Positions 1-9,672 of a stretch of DNA of 32,000 nt are shown one piece after another (position 1 is the first letter of the stretch; every line of letters starts with the position of its first letter). The notes below the pieces were generated by a model. The model was given only the letters and a program-made list of their open reading frames with translations. It searched no databases and was not told where the DNA came from. Source of the DNA: Moorena sp. SIOASIH (GTDB taxonomy: Bacteria > Cyanobacteriota > Cyanobacteriia > Cyanobacteriales > Coleofasciculaceae); assembly GCF_010671925.1 (NCBI RefSeq), contig NZ_JAAHIH010000004.1, positions 1,043,234 through 1,075,233 of the forward strand, given 5' to 3'. The translations under genes were made by a program, and so were the position numbers.

Positions 1-314
1 ATAACGGCTTTATTGGCAGTGACAATATGTTTACCTTGGGCAATCGCCTTGAGCATAAGCGATCGCGCTGGTTCTAATCCTCCCAGTAGCTCTACTACAA
101 TATCTATCTCTGGGTTGGTGACAATCTCTTCTAGGTCGGTTGTTATCAACTCCTGTGGTAGTTGCACTTCTCTGGGCTTATCACGCGATCGCACTCCCAC
201 CTTGGCAATTTCTATCCCTTGCAGTAGTGGGTTTCGTCCAGCTGTGTCGAGTAAAATCTTTGCTGTCCCTGTACCAACGGTCCCTAATCCTAATAAACCA
301 ATCTTAAAAGCCAC
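1..314 (-). CDS. hom: Homoserine dehydrogenase, N-terminal part (CDS continues beyond the window start)
   Basis: The reverse complement from GTG (312-314) translates to VAFKIGLLGLGTVGTGTAKILLDTAGRNPLLQGIEIAKVGVRSRDKPREV...VVELLGGLEPARSLMLKAIAQGKHIVTANKAV. This is the typical Rossmann GxGxxG N-terminus and the ...VTANKA motif of homoserine dehydrogenases. The plus-strand ORF 13..438 is its antisense shadow. Confidence 0.8.
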   Translation of the reverse strand, partial: MAFKIGLLGLGTVGTGTAKILLDTAGRNPLLQGIEIAKVGVRSRDKPREVQLPQELITTDLEEIVTNPEIDIVVELLGGLEPARSLMLKAIAQGKHIVTANKAV

Positions 315-436
315 AATATTTATCCTGAATCTATTGCTTGCCAAACATGCGATCGCGCTTAGTGCAGATCGCGAATCTTTTTCAATTCTGGCCTACTTTC
401 CGGTTGTTCGCGTAGGGTGGCCGAAAGGCCAAGGTT

Positions 437-598
437 AATCCGTTTAAGGTTGATCCGTTGAAGGTTGAAGGTTGATCCGTTGAAGGTTGAAGGTTGATCC
501 GTTGAAGGTTGAAGGTTAATCCGTTGAAGGTTGAAGGTTAATCCGTTGAAGGTTGTTCGCGTAGCGTGGCCGAAAGGCCAAGGTTGAAGGTTGTTTCG
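437..598. repeat. Tandem array of about 22-bp units (TCCGTTGAAGGTTGAAGGTTGA), bracketed by two copies of a 35-bp module
   Basis: Direct reading shows about 5 units. The module GGTTGTTCGCGTAG(G/C)GTGGCCGAAAGGCCAAGGTT occurs at 402-436 and 551-585. Confidence 0.9.
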
Positions 599-600
599 TG

Positions 601-677
601 CAACCGGCCAATCGGCTAACCGGCTAACCTACCAACCTGCAACCTGCCAACCGGCTAACTTGCCAACCGTCTAACCC
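601..677. repeat. Degenerate heptamer array (CTAACCG / CAACCTG / CCAACCG types)
   Basis: Direct reading: caaccggccaatcggctaaccggctaacctaccaacctgcaacctgccaaccggctaac... Confidence 0.8.
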
Positions 678-956
678 AGGTATAAGGGTTTCATAGTTCA
701 GGGCGTTTTAGTTAATTAGTTTTCTAATTAACTAAAATCGGTGTTATTTATTTTTTTAGTTGATAAAGGTTTCATCATTTAGATGGGTTTGCCCTGGATT
801 TATAGGTCAACCAAATAGAGTAAAATTATTTTTTTTAGCATCATTTTTTTGTTAAGCTATTGTTTATTTAAAATAAATCTAGCGTTTATAAATAAATTGT
901 AAAAAGCGATTACCGTTTTTTTCATTACCCAAAATACCTCTATAGTTGATTAACTT

Positions 957-984
957 TTGCCTCTTGCCTCTTGCCTCTTGCCTT
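957..984. repeat. Heptamer STRR array (TTGCCTC) x4
   Basis: ttgcctcttgcctcttgcctcttgcctt read directly. Confidence 0.9.
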
Positions 985-1236
985 GACCTAAGGGAGTATG
1001 TTCACCTATGAAATACAAAGGCGCTTATCAGCTTCACTGCTTACCTCACCATTGCCATTAGCATCTTTGCTGATATCCAAGCAGATTAGGTTTTGTTGAC
1101 CTCTTTAATCTCCTCTGTGCTTGAGGCTGAAGCCCCTTTGCTGTCCCGCCTTACTTCCTAGAAGACGGGGATAGCCGCGTTCGGGTTATTATTTATTTTG
1201 GTTAACTATGAATTTACTAAACACTTAAAATAATAA

Positions 1237-2391
1237 ATGACCTCAACCCCATCAATCAAAGATAATAATCGCGTCTCCCTGACCGATATAGACATGCCTC
1301 CGACGCTGTTACTCGGACCAGGGCCATCTAATGCCCATCCCTCCATATTAACAGCCTTGGGACTGCCCCCAGTTGGTCACCTGGATCCCCGTTTCATCGC
1401 ACTGATGAACGAAGTGCAAACCTTACTCCGCTACGCTTGGCAAACTGATAACCCGATGACCATTCCCATGAGTGGGACAGGTAGTGCGGCAATGGAAGCT
1501 ACTCTAGCCAATGCAGTAGAACCGGGTGATGTGGTTTTAGTTGGGGTTAATGGTTACTTTGGACACCGACTCGTGGATATGGCTGGTCGTTATGGTGCTG
1601 ATGTCCGTAAACTAATGAAGCCTTGGGGGCAAGTTTTTACCCTTGATGAAATCCGAGAAGGCTTGGAAACTAATCGTCCTGCTGTTTTGGCTTTGGTTCA
1701 TGCTGAAACTTCAACGGGTGCCCGTCAGCCCCTTGAGGGTGTGGCTGAGTTGTGCCGAGATTTCAATTGCTTGCTGCTGGTTGACACAGTCACCAGTTTA
1801 GGTGGAGTGCCACTGTTTATTGATGAATGGGGCATTGATCTTGCCTATAGTTGCTCCCAAAAAGGGCTTAGCTGTCCACCAGGCATTTCCCCTTTCACCA
1901 TGGGAGCTCGTGCCCTCGAAAAACTCCACCAGCGTCGCACCCAAGTCGCTAATTGGTATTTGGATGTATCGATGTTGAGCAAATATTGGGGTGACGAGCG
2001 CACCTACCACCACACAGCTCCAATTAATATGAATTACGCCTTGCGCGAAGCGTTGCGGTTGGTTGCTGAAGAAGGACTAACCGCTTGTTGGGAACGGCAT
2101 CAAGCTAATGCTGAATTGCTTTGGGAAGGTTTGGCTGATTTGGGTCTAGAATGTCACGTGGAGCAAGAATTTCGTTTGCCTACCTTGACCACGATTCGGA
2201 TACCAGAGGGGGTGGATGGCAAGGCAGTTACCCGCAAACTGCTGGATGATTACAACATGGAAATTGGTGGCGGCTTGGGTGAATTAGCTGGTAAAGTCTG
2301 GCGCATTGGTTTAATGGGTTATAACTCTCGGCGAGAGAATGTCGAGCAAGTGTTGGATGCTTTAAAGGAGGTTTTACAGGATTCTAAATAA
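1237..2391 (+). CDS. Class-V PLP aminotransferase (alanine-glyoxylate / serine-pyruvate aminotransferase family; cyanobacterial 'soluble hydrogenase small subunit'-like)
   Basis: A 384-aa ORF. It has LLLGPGPSN near the N-terminus, the TGSAAMEA segment, and the SCSQKGL motif (S-x-x-Q-K PLP-lysine) typical of AGT-family class-V aminotransferases. Confidence 0.85.
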   Translation: MTSTPSIKDNNRVSLTDIDMPPTLLLGPGPSNAHPSILTALGLPPVGHLDPRFIALMNEVQTLLRYAWQTDNPMTIPMSGTGSAAMEATLANAVEPGDVVLVGVNGYFGHRLVDMAGRYGADVRKLMKPWGQVFTLDEIREGLETNRPAVLALVHAETSTGARQPLEGVAELCRDFNCLLLVDTVTSLGGVPLFIDEWGIDLAYSCSQKGLSCPPGISPFTMGARALEKLHQRRTQVANWYLDVSMLSKYWGDERTYHHTAPINMNYALREALRLVAEEGLTACWERHQANAELLWEGLADLGLECHVEQEFRLPTLTTIRIPEGVDGKAVTRKLLDDYNMEIGGGLGELAGKVWRIGLMGYNSRRENVEQVLDALKEVLQDSK

Positions 2392-2619
2392 AACATAATG
2401 GCAAGGGATTGGTAAGGGATGTAACAGATGGGGTGCATCTTGTTTGTTCAGAAATCTGGTGATTAGCTTATAGCTGACTGCTGATAGCTGAATCATTACC
2501 CTTGCCAAGGGGAAAAATACCACAAAGGGTGAAATGTTAAAAATTTCATAAGAACCAGAGCGAGAGGATAAAACGTTGCTCGGATTATGGAATTTCATGA
2601 TTCATCAATTGAAAAATAG

Positions 2620-2657
2620 GTAAATAGTCAAAAAAACTATACTTTTTGACTATTTAC
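2620..2657. promoter_or_regulatory. Perfect AT-rich palindrome (15-bp arms) in the metK upstream region; function unknown
   Basis: GTAAATAGTCAAAAA (2620-2634) pairs with TTTTTGACTATTTAC (2643-2657) across an 8-nt loop. Confidence 0.35.
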
Positions 2658-2838
2658 TCGTCAAATCATCCTGAAAAAGGATTAAGGATTTAATTCAAGA
2701 TTTTTTTCAGCATTTATTTACCATTATTTTATTAAAAATGCTACAATAATAGTTTAAAATTTTAATAGTGGCGAGTTCAAGCAACTCAAAATGATCTATG
2801 CTATACAGGTTCAGTAATAGTTAAAGGAGAATTGATAA

Positions 2839-4101
2839 TTGTCTCGTCGCTATTTATTTACCTCTGAATCGGTTACCGAAGGTCATCCTGACAAAGTCTG
2901 TGATCAGATTTCTGACACTATCCTAGATGCTATGCTCGCTCAAGATCACCAAAGCCGTGTTGCGGCAGAAGTGGTCGTTAACACCGGTTTGGTATTGATT
3001 ACTGGTGAAATTACCTCCCAAGCCCAGGTTAATTTGATTGATTTGGCGCGGAAGAAAATTGCTGAAATCGGTTATACAGATGCGGACAATGGTTTCTCTG
3101 CCAACAGTTGCTCTGTTTTAGTTGCTCTTGATGAACAATCTCCTGACATTTCCCAAGGGGTGACTACTGCCCAGGAAAGTCGGCAGGAAATGAGTGACGA
3201 TGAACTGGATGCTATCGGTGCAGGGGACCAAGGTCTGATGTTTGGCTTTGCCTGCAATGAAACTCCAGAACTGATGCCCATGCCCATCAGTCTGGCTCAT
3301 CGGGTTTCTCGCCGTCTGGCAGCTGTACGTAAAACTGGTGATTTATCTTACCTGCGTCCTGATGGCAAAACCCAAGTCAGTGTGGTTTATGAAGATGGCA
3401 AGCCGGTTGGGATTGACACGATTCTGGTTTCCACCCAACACGATGCCACTATTGGTGATATTACCGATGAGGTAGCTGTCCAGGCAAAAATTAAAGATGA
3501 CTTGTGGTCAGCAGTGGTGGAACCCTGTTTCCAAGATATCGATATTAAGCCGGATAACAAAACACGCTTCCTGGTGAACCCGACAGGGAAATTTGTGGTT
3601 GGTGGTCCCCAAGGTGATGCAGGTTTAACTGGTCGCAAAATTATTGTAGACACCTATGGTGGTTACTCACGCCATGGTGGTGGTGCTTTCTCTGGCAAAG
3701 ACCCCACTAAGGTAGACCGTTCCGCTGCCTATGCCTGTCGCTATGCAGCTAAGAATATTGTGGCAGCAGGTTTAGCAGACAAATGCGAAGTCCAGCTGAG
3801 TTACGCGATTGGGGTGGCTAGACCAGTGAGTATCCTTGTAGAAACCTTTGGTACTGGTAAGGTGGACGAGGAGATTTTGCTGGAATTGGTCAACAAGTAT
3901 TTTGAACTGCGTCCTGCTGGCATCATCCAAACTTTCAATCTGCGCGGATTACCCGCACAACGGGGTGGTCGTTTCTATCAAGACACGGCAGCTTATGGTC
4001 ATTTCGGGCGTACCGATTTGATTCTGCCTTGGGAAGAAACTGATAAAGCAGAAATCCTTAAGGAAGCTGCTGGTAAATCTGGTGCTGTATCGATGGCATA
4101 A
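2839..4101 (+). CDS. metK: S-adenosylmethionine synthetase (methionine adenosyltransferase)
   Basis: A 420-aa ORF starting [25 protein letters not shown]. It also carries [12 protein letters not shown], the [19 protein letters not shown] signature and [10 protein letters not shown]. The start is TTG, with an AAGGAG RBS about 9 nt upstream. Confidence 0.97.
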   Translation: MSRRYLFTSESVTEGHPDKVCDQISDTILDAMLAQDHQSRVAAEVVVNTGLVLITGEITSQAQVNLIDLARKKIAEIGYTDADNGFSANSCSVLVALDEQSPDISQGVTTAQESRQEMSDDELDAIGAGDQGLMFGFACNETPELMPMPISLAHRVSRRLAAVRKTGDLSYLRPDGKTQVSVVYEDGKPVGIDTILVSTQHDATIGDITDEVAVQAKIKDDLWSAVVEPCFQDIDIKPDNKTRFLVNPTGKFVVGGPQGDAGLTGRKIIVDTYGGYSRHGGGAFSGKDPTKVDRSAAYACRYAAKNIVAAGLADKCEVQLSYAIGVARPVSILVETFGTGKVDEEILLELVNKYFELRPAGIIQTFNLRGLPAQRGGRFYQDTAAYGHFGRTDLILPWEETDKAEILKEAAGKSGAVSMA

Positions 4102-4154
4102 ACTAGTACTTGGTCAATGTACTTTTGAGGGTTAAGTCAAGGTGTTAGGTGTTA

Positions 4155-4191
4155 GGCATTAGGCTTTAGGGATTAGTTAAAGCCTAATGCC
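4155..4191. terminator. 14-bp perfect stem-loop downstream of metK (candidate terminator or repeat-derived hairpin)
   Basis: GGCATTAGGCTTTA-gggattagt-TAAAGCCTAATGCC. No T-tract follows, so it is not a canonical intrinsic terminator. Confidence 0.3.
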
Positions 4192-4210
4192 TAGTGCTAT
4201 TAAGCCGTAA

Positions 4211-4268
4211 GCAATCAGCAATCAGCTATCAGCTATCAGCAATCAGCTATCAGCTATCAGCTATCAGC
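4211..4268. repeat. Heptamer STRR array (CAGCTAT / CAGCAAT) x8
   Basis: Direct reading. Confidence 0.9.
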
Positions 4269-4282
4269 TTTTGTGAATAAGC

Positions 4283-4326
4283 GATGCAGCGCGGTCTTGG
4301 GGGTTTCCCCCATGAGCGACTGCATC
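4283..4326. repeat. Hairpin module GATGCAG...GGGGGTTTCCCCC...CGACTGCATC (small dispersed repeat)
   Basis: The outer inverted repeat GATGCAGCG/CGACTGCATC encloses a GGGGG-TTT-CCCCC hairpin. A near-identical copy lies at 9032-9075 inside a CDS, and a fragment (ctgcatcaaga) lies at 16380-16390. Confidence 0.8.
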
Positions 4327-4380
4327 AAGACAACAGGTAACCATTTGTTTAATCTGAGTTACGTCAGCCTAATGTAGATC

Positions 4381-4453
<73 letters not shown>

Positions 4454-4482
4454 TAATGCTGACCTAATACCTAATCACCTCT

Positions 4483-6219
4483 CTAGGGTTTTTGCTGATT
4501 ATCCCCTTTCTTAGTTTCAGCAGCTTTACTGGGTTGAGACTGTTTTTTCAACTGAACAAAAAGTTGAAAGCGGGTACGATTGGGGTCGATTTTGGCAACC
4601 GTTAAGCCGATGGTATTAATTGCCTTTGCTAAGGTTTCTTGCTCGGTTGGTAGTTGGGCGATATTGAGATTACTGCTGTTGAGGGTACGCTCAACATCAA
4701 GGAAAAATTGACCAGTGTTGGGATTAGGTTTGGTTGGTACGGTGTTTTGAAACAGAGGTGCTTGAATTAGTGTCTTTTGGGGTTGAGGGACCACTTCACT
4801 AGCAATGGGGGCTCCTAGGGTGAAGAAGACTACATTCCCTTCTAACCAGCCGTGGGTAGCATTTACCCCTCCTAGAGTAGCTGTCCAGCTCACCATTGGT
4901 TGACCGTTCACCTGAGTTTCTACTACGGGTAACTGATAACTATTAGTGATTAAGTCATCCAATTGCTGTAGAGTTGCTTGAGCACTAGAGCGATCGCTTA
5001 CTTTTACCATCAATGCTATCCCAGCTCCTAAGGGAGCAGAGTAAGGGTTATCCTGAAGCGCCAGTTGTTCGGGAGACATTGGTATTAAGGCTAGGGCAAA
5101 CTCCCCTTCCATCCAAGATAGTAAATCCTTTTCCCAATCCAAGCCTAAGGTGGTTTTCAATCCAGCTTGGAAATTGTCTGGGGAAATGGGCATTAAAGTA
5201 TTTAATGCTCCTTGTTCGGTATAGTATTGCCAAAATTGTCTGATGTTACCCCCAGATATAATGGCTAGGGTACTCGCTGGCATCCGTCTAGGCAAAAAAG
5301 AACCGCTAGTTTCGTTACTGGCCTTAACAGTGCTTCTGGGTTTGACCCAGGAAATCCCTTCAAAACTTATCCCCTTTGGTGCTAGGGTTACTGTTGTGAC
5401 TATGTCTTGCTTTAAGGGTTTAGCTGCTGTTGTTTCAGGCTGCTCCTGGGCATCAGCGGCTACTGCGGCTAAAAAAGTTGGTAGATTAATATACAACTGA
5501 GCAAAGGACTGATCAGTTTTAATCTGAGCGATCGCATCTTGGTAGCCAGACTTACTAGCTACGGAAATAGCTCCTTTGTAGGTGTCAATCACCTGATCAA
5601 TAATTTTGGGGTTTTCACTCACTACTAGAAAACGCCCCAGCACTGCTACTGAGTACTTTTGGGAGTTACTCTTGTTGGTTTCGTAAATCTGAATACCTCT
5701 GTAGGTTCTCTCAACCCACTGTTTCCCTGATTGAGACTTGGCTTTTTTGAACAGCTCCATTGCTTCGGTTAGTTTGTCAATGGGTAGTACAATCAAACTG
5801 GGAAAAACTGATTGATCGTTTGATAAGACTGCTGGTGATAAATCTCTAGGGCTAAAGTATGCTAGGGTAACTTCTTGACCCAACCAAGGTTTGATATCTT
5901 GCTGATAGTTGTAGCCGTTAGCAGTTAGTAAATTTTCCTGCAACTGAGCAAGCTGTTTTTCCAAAACTTGTCGAGATTCAGTTGTGCCATACTTTAGCAA
6001 CTGTTGCCATTGTTTGGAGTCTGTAGAAATTGATGCGGTAAAAAAGGCATTTTGCGGAACTAACTGGGTACTTACTTGAATATTTGGTTGTAAAATATGC
6101 CGCCGCACTAGCAACCAGTAAGCGGTTACTCCACCGCCTACTACCAAGACGGCTGCTGCAAAAATTAGCAGTAGAAAAGATTTCTTGTTTTTGGTCATGG
6201 ATTTGATTGCTAGGGACAT
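4483..6219 (-). CDS. Membrane-anchored hypothetical protein, possibly DUF3352 family (cyanobacterial)
   Basis: A 578-aa ORF with an N-terminal TM helix (FLLLIFAAAVLVVGGGVTAYWLLV) followed by a large soluble region. The size and layout match my recollection of DUF3352. No catalytic motif was recognised. Confidence 0.5.
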   Translation of the reverse strand: MSLAIKSMTKNKKSFLLLIFAAAVLVVGGGVTAYWLLVRRHILQPNIQVSTQLVPQNAFFTASISTDSKQWQQLLKYGTTESRQVLEKQLAQLQENLLTANGYNYQQDIKPWLGQEVTLAYFSPRDLSPAVLSNDQSVFPSLIVLPIDKLTEAMELFKKAKSQSGKQWVERTYRGIQIYETNKSNSQKYSVAVLGRFLVVSENPKIIDQVIDTYKGAISVASKSGYQDAIAQIKTDQSFAQLYINLPTFLAAVAADAQEQPETTAAKPLKQDIVTTVTLAPKGISFEGISWVKPRSTVKASNETSGSFLPRRMPASTLAIISGGNIRQFWQYYTEQGALNTLMPISPDNFQAGLKTTLGLDWEKDLLSWMEGEFALALIPMSPEQLALQDNPYSAPLGAGIALMVKVSDRSSAQATLQQLDDLITNSYQLPVVETQVNGQPMVSWTATLGGVNATHGWLEGNVVFFTLGAPIASEVVPQPQKTLIQAPLFQNTVPTKPNPNTGQFFLDVERTLNSSNLNIAQLPTEQETLAKAINTIGLTVAKIDPNRTRFQLFVQLKKQSQPSKAAETKKGDNQQKP

Positions 6220-6279
6220 GAAGATAAGAGCTTATATCTCTGTGTGACCGTTGAATATGATGAAAATTGGTTGTTCGTA

Positions 6280-6331
6280 AATTACCAATTAGTAATTACC
6301 AATTAGCAGTAATTACCAATTATTAATTAAC
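6280..6331. repeat. AT-rich short tandem repeat (AATTACCAATTAG-type)
   Basis: aattaccaattagtaattaccaattagcagtaattaccaattattaattaac. Confidence 0.75.
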
Positions 6332-6376
6332 AGCCATGGGTTCAATCATATTAGAAGTAATTAACTTGACTTGATC

Positions 6377-7510
6377 TTAGGTGTAGATCGTATCTCGTTG
6401 CTGATAAGGACGCCCAAGGGATTGAATGGCTGCTTGTAATGTTTCTACTTCCATACAGGTACCCCCCATAGCTCCGGCCATGGTGGTGATATGCTCCTCC
6501 ATTAATGTGCCACCAATATCATTACAACCCCATTTAAGGGCATCTGTCGCCCCAGCAAGACCAAGTTTTACCCAACTGGGTTGGTGATTTTTAATCCAGT
6601 TCCCTAGGAAAATCCGAGCTACAGCTGTGAGTAATAGAGCATCTTTCAAGACCGGTTGATCCCGTCCAACACGATGGCGTAATGGTTTCGGGGCTTCCTG
6701 TCCGACAAAGGGCAGTAAGATAAATTCAGTGATTAAGCCAGGGTATCCCTGGTTACAGGCTTTTTGTTGAAGCGATCGCAATTTTTCCAAGTGTGTCATT
6801 TGTTGTTGGGGTGTCTCAATATGACCCGAGAGCATGGTACTGGTTGTGGGCATTCCCAGTTGATGAGCTGTTGACACAATCTCTAGCCAAGTGGCGGTAT
6901 TGGTCTTTTCTGGACAGAGAATACGTCGGACATCATCATCTAAAATCTCTGCTGCTGTTCCTGGCATTGAACCAACACCAGCCTCTTGTAGTTGAGCAAT
7001 TACCTGAGCATAGCTAAGTCCATCTTGCTCAGCAATAAATTGCACTTCCTGGGGAGAGAAAGCATGGAGATGCAGCTGAGGAAAGTCTTGCTTAATGGTT
7101 TTTACCAACCCTAGGTAATAGGGCAAGGTTGACCCATTCATCTTTGCCTTGGGGTTGAGTCCGCCCTGCATGCAAATTTCTGTAGCATTCCGCCGCACCG
7201 CATCCGCTGCCTTTTGATGAATTTGCTGCCAATCGAGCCAATAAGCACCCTCGTCAGAGGCATCCCGCCGAAAAGCACAGAAACTACAGTGCTGGGTACA
7301 GATATTTGTAAAGTTGATATTACGGTTGATAACATAGGTAACGGTATCCCCGACTTGTTTATAGCGCAACCGATCCGCAGTTTCTTGAATTGACGCTACG
7401 GCCTGAGGTTCAGTTTGCTTCAAAAGCACAACCCCTTCATCGGGTGATATATCAACACCCCCTAAGGCACGGTTGAGAATAGTATCAACACTAGTGGTAA
7501 TCACAGGCAT
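6377..7510 (-). CDS. cofH: Radical SAM enzyme, CofH-type (FO synthase subunit 2; 5-amino-6-(D-ribitylamino)uracil-L-tyrosine 4-hydroxyphenyl transferase)
   Basis: A 377-aa ORF. It has [24 protein letters not shown] (CxxxCxxC radical-SAM cluster in the CofH/MqnC-like context), then [28 protein letters not shown] and [10 protein letters not shown]. Cyanobacteria use the Men rather than the Mqn pathway, which favours CofH over MqnC/E. Confidence 0.7.
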   Translation of the reverse strand: MPVITTSVDTILNRALGGVDISPDEGVVLLKQTEPQAVASIQETADRLRYKQVGDTVTYVINRNINFTNICTQHCSFCAFRRDASDEGAYWLDWQQIHQKAADAVRRNATEICMQGGLNPKAKMNGSTLPYYLGLVKTIKQDFPQLHLHAFSPQEVQFIAEQDGLSYAQVIAQLQEAGVGSMPGTAAEILDDDVRRILCPEKTNTATWLEIVSTAHQLGMPTTSTMLSGHIETPQQQMTHLEKLRSLQQKACNQGYPGLITEFILLPFVGQEAPKPLRHRVGRDQPVLKDALLLTAVARIFLGNWIKNHQPSWVKLGLAGATDALKWGCNDIGGTLMEEHITTMAGAMGGTCMEVETLQAAIQSLGRPYQQRDTIYT

Positions 7511-7680
7511 ATTCAGTAAACCTACACTCAGTAAATCTACAATGATCGCAGCGATCGCAGTTGAACACCTCCATGGTGTAGCCGGAAGGTGAAAATAACT
7601 TAGGGGCTAAAGCCCCCTGTTTCCATATATTTTGTCTGTCATCTATTTCAATTCCATTGGCAAGTCTGCTCCTTTGCTGA

Positions 7681-9672
7681 TTGAGGTTACTATTGTTGAA
7701 AACTTTCCTGAGAAGTCCCTGGTTTCACCCCCTGTTGCTATTGTGTTGGATTGCTATTGGCAGTGTTTTACGCTTCACTAACCTCACCCTGAAGTCCCCC
7801 TGGACCGATGAATTTGCCACAATAGTGTTCAGCTTGGGCAATAGTTATCAAACCTTACCCCTAGACCAAGCCATTTCCCTCTCTACCCTGTTACAACCAC
7901 TGCAATTTAACCCAGAATCGGGAGCATCAGCAGTTATTCATCATTTATTCACTGAGGATCACCACCCTCCCCTATATTTTGTCCTCGCGAACTGGTGGAT
8001 GAGGCTATTCTCCTTCGGTGTACAGGCGTTTGATGGAACATCGTTACAGGATAGCGACTTAGTAATTTGGGGGATGCGATCGCTTCCCGCCCTCTTCGGT
8101 ATAGTATCAATTCCAGTAATCTATGGACTGAGCTGGGTAGGGTTTCGTTCCCGGTTAGTCGCTCAACTAGCAGCAGCAATTATGGCTGTGTCTCCCTACG
8201 GTGTTTTTCTAGCCCAGGAAGCCCGTCATTACACCTTAGCCATTTTGTGGGTGATGGCATCCCTGTGCTGCTTAGTTATTGCTGTACAACATCTTCAACG
8301 CCAGACTGTTCTACCAGTTTGGATATCCCTGTTTTGGGTAGTGGTTAATTGTTTAGGTATAGCAACCCACTATTTTTTTCTCCTGACCCTCTGTGCTGAG
8401 GCCATGGTTTTATTAGGACTTTGGGGATTAGCCAAAATTTCTCCTTCTCGACCCTCTCCCATCCGGCGCATTGGTGCAGTTGCGGCAGGTAGTGCCATGG
8501 GAGGATTAGTTTGGTTACCGGTGTGGCTATCGAGTTACGATGCTCAGATGACTGAATGGATTATCAGTAGCAGTGAAGGGAGTTGGGCTTGGACCAAGCC
8601 AATTTTTCAAGCTCTCGCTGCTTGGATTACCATGTTATCTCTATTGCCCGTGGAGTCATCTTCCCTGATAGTGGTCATGGCTTCGGGTTTGGTGATGTTG
8701 GTGTTTCTAATCTGGTTGCTCCCGATACTCTATCGCTATCTAAAAATACAACTAAATCACCCTCAGACTGGTTTGGTCACAGGGGTTTTAGGGAGTTTCT
8801 TGATTAGTGCGATCGCATTATTTTTTGGTATTACTTACTGCCTTGGTACTGACCTCACCCGTGGTGCTCGGTATAGTTTCGTTTACTTCCCTGCTGTGAT
8901 TGTATTAGTAGCAGCCGCCCTAGCCGTGAGTAACCCTCACCCTTCAACAGCAAATCCCACTAGACTTCTTGCAGAAGTCGGGAACAGGGAACAGGGAACA
9001 GGGAACAGTGGACAAGAATTGACGCAAAGCGATGCAGTCGGCCAAAGGGGGTTTCCCCCAGGAGCGACTGCATCAAGAACACTATCAGAAAACTACTTTT
9101 GCAAGAGGTCTACTGAGTATAGTAGCCATGGGATCCCAAAAACTATAGCGCTAGTTTTGTTAATGGGGTTTTTGAGTAGTATTACCGTAGTCAGCAATCT
9201 AGGCTATCAAAAATACTATCGTCCAGATTTATTGGTACCCATAATCGAACAACAGTCATCAGTACCGATACTAATTGCTACTACTCACAACACCTTGGTA
9301 CAGACTGGTGAAATGATGGGACTGGCTTGGGAATTCCAACAGAAGGCTGATCAAAAACTATCTTCAGTAAATCCCCAATTTATATTGGCACATCAAGACC
9401 AAATTCAGTGCCAGCAGACAAATTGTCCGGCTGCTATCACTCTTAAACAGACTGTCGCTGAGCTGTCAAGTACCCTAGATTTATGGTTGGTGAATTTTAA
9501 CGCAACAGTGGAAGAGTTACCCAATTGTTCTGCTGAAGATTCTGTTAATAATTTAATAACCGTGGATGGTTACCAAGCTCAGGTTTATCACTGTCTTAGT
9601 CCTAAGGATTCAGCTGTCAGCTATCAGCCGTTAGCCGTCAGCCGTCAGCCGTCAGCTTATTTTATTCAATAG
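7681..9672 (+). CDS. Polytopic membrane glycosyltransferase-like protein (GT39/ArnT/PMT-like fold) carrying an in-frame repeat-element insertion
   Basis: A 663-aa ORF with many TM helices and an early SPWTDEFATI motif (like the WxDE motif of GT-C enzymes), followed by a soluble C-terminal domain. A stop lies immediately upstream (7678-7680), so the start is TTG at 7681, 7693 or 7696. The last roughly 20 codons are encoded by STRR heptamers. Confidence 0.6.
   Translation: MRLLLLKTFLRSPWFHPLLLLCWIAIGSVLRFTNLTLKSPWTDEFATIVFSLGNSYQTLPLDQAISLSTLLQPLQFNPESGASAVIHHLFTEDHHPPLYFVLANWWMRLFSFGVQAFDGTSLQDSDLVIWGMRSLPALFGIVSIPVIYGLSWVGFRSRLVAQLAAAIMAVSPYGVFLAQEARHYTLAILWVMASLCCLVIAVQHLQRQTVLPVWISLFWVVVNCLGIATHYFFLLTLCAEAMVLLGLWGLAKISPSRPSPIRRIGAVAAGSAMGGLVWLPVWLSSYDAQMTEWIISSSEGSWAWTKPIFQALAAWITMLSLLPVESSSLIVVMASGLVMLVFLIWLLPILYRYLKIQLNHPQTGLVTGVLGSFLISAIALFFGITYCLGTDLTRGARYSFVYFPAVIVLVAAALAVSNPHPSTANPTRLLAEVGNREQGTGNSGQELTQSDAVGQRGFPPGATASRTLSENYFCKRSTEYSSHGIPKTIALVLLMGFLSSITVVSNLGYQKYYRPDLLVPIIEQQSSVPILIATTHNTLVQTGEMMGLAWEFQQKADQKLSSVNPQFILAHQDQIQCQQTNCPAAITLKQTVAELSSTLDLWLVNFNATVEELPNCSAEDSVNNLITVDGYQAQVYHCLSPKDSAVSYQPLAVSRQPSAYFIQ
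8961..9112. mobile_element. MITE-like small dispersed repeat inserted in frame in the GT39-like CDS
   Basis: Imperfect 18-bp terminal inverted repeats: TAGACTTCTTGCAGAAGT (8961-8978) versus ACTTTTGCAAGAGGTCTA (9095-9112), 16/18 complementary. Inside are (GGGAACA)x4 and the GATGCAGTCG...GGGGGTTTCCCCC...CGACTGCATC module also seen intergenically at 4283-4326. Confidence 0.7.

Noticed and set aside
13-438. A 141-aa plus-strand ORF at the window start.
   Set aside because: The translation is low complexity and Ser/Pro/Ile-rich. The opposite strand encodes a clear homoserine dehydrogenase N-terminus, so this is an antisense shadow ORF.
2392-2838. A riboswitch or leader upstream of metK, and the 74-aa minus-strand ORF at 2374..2598.
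   Set aside because: I recognise no conserved SAM-riboswitch core, and the region is AT-rich with an STRR remnant. The ORF has an implausible composition and overlaps the aminotransferase 3' end, so it is likely spurious.
5013-5500. Short plus- and minus-strand ORFs (61-85 aa) inside the DUF3352-like gene.
   Set aside because: They lie fully inside a longer, coherent 578-aa minus-strand ORF and have no motifs. They are overlapping shadow ORFs.
6340-6352. A GGTTCAATC string resembling a tRNA T-arm.
   Set aside because: The surrounding sequence is an AT-rich tandem repeat with no acceptor, D-arm or anticodon-arm complementarity. No tRNA can be folded.
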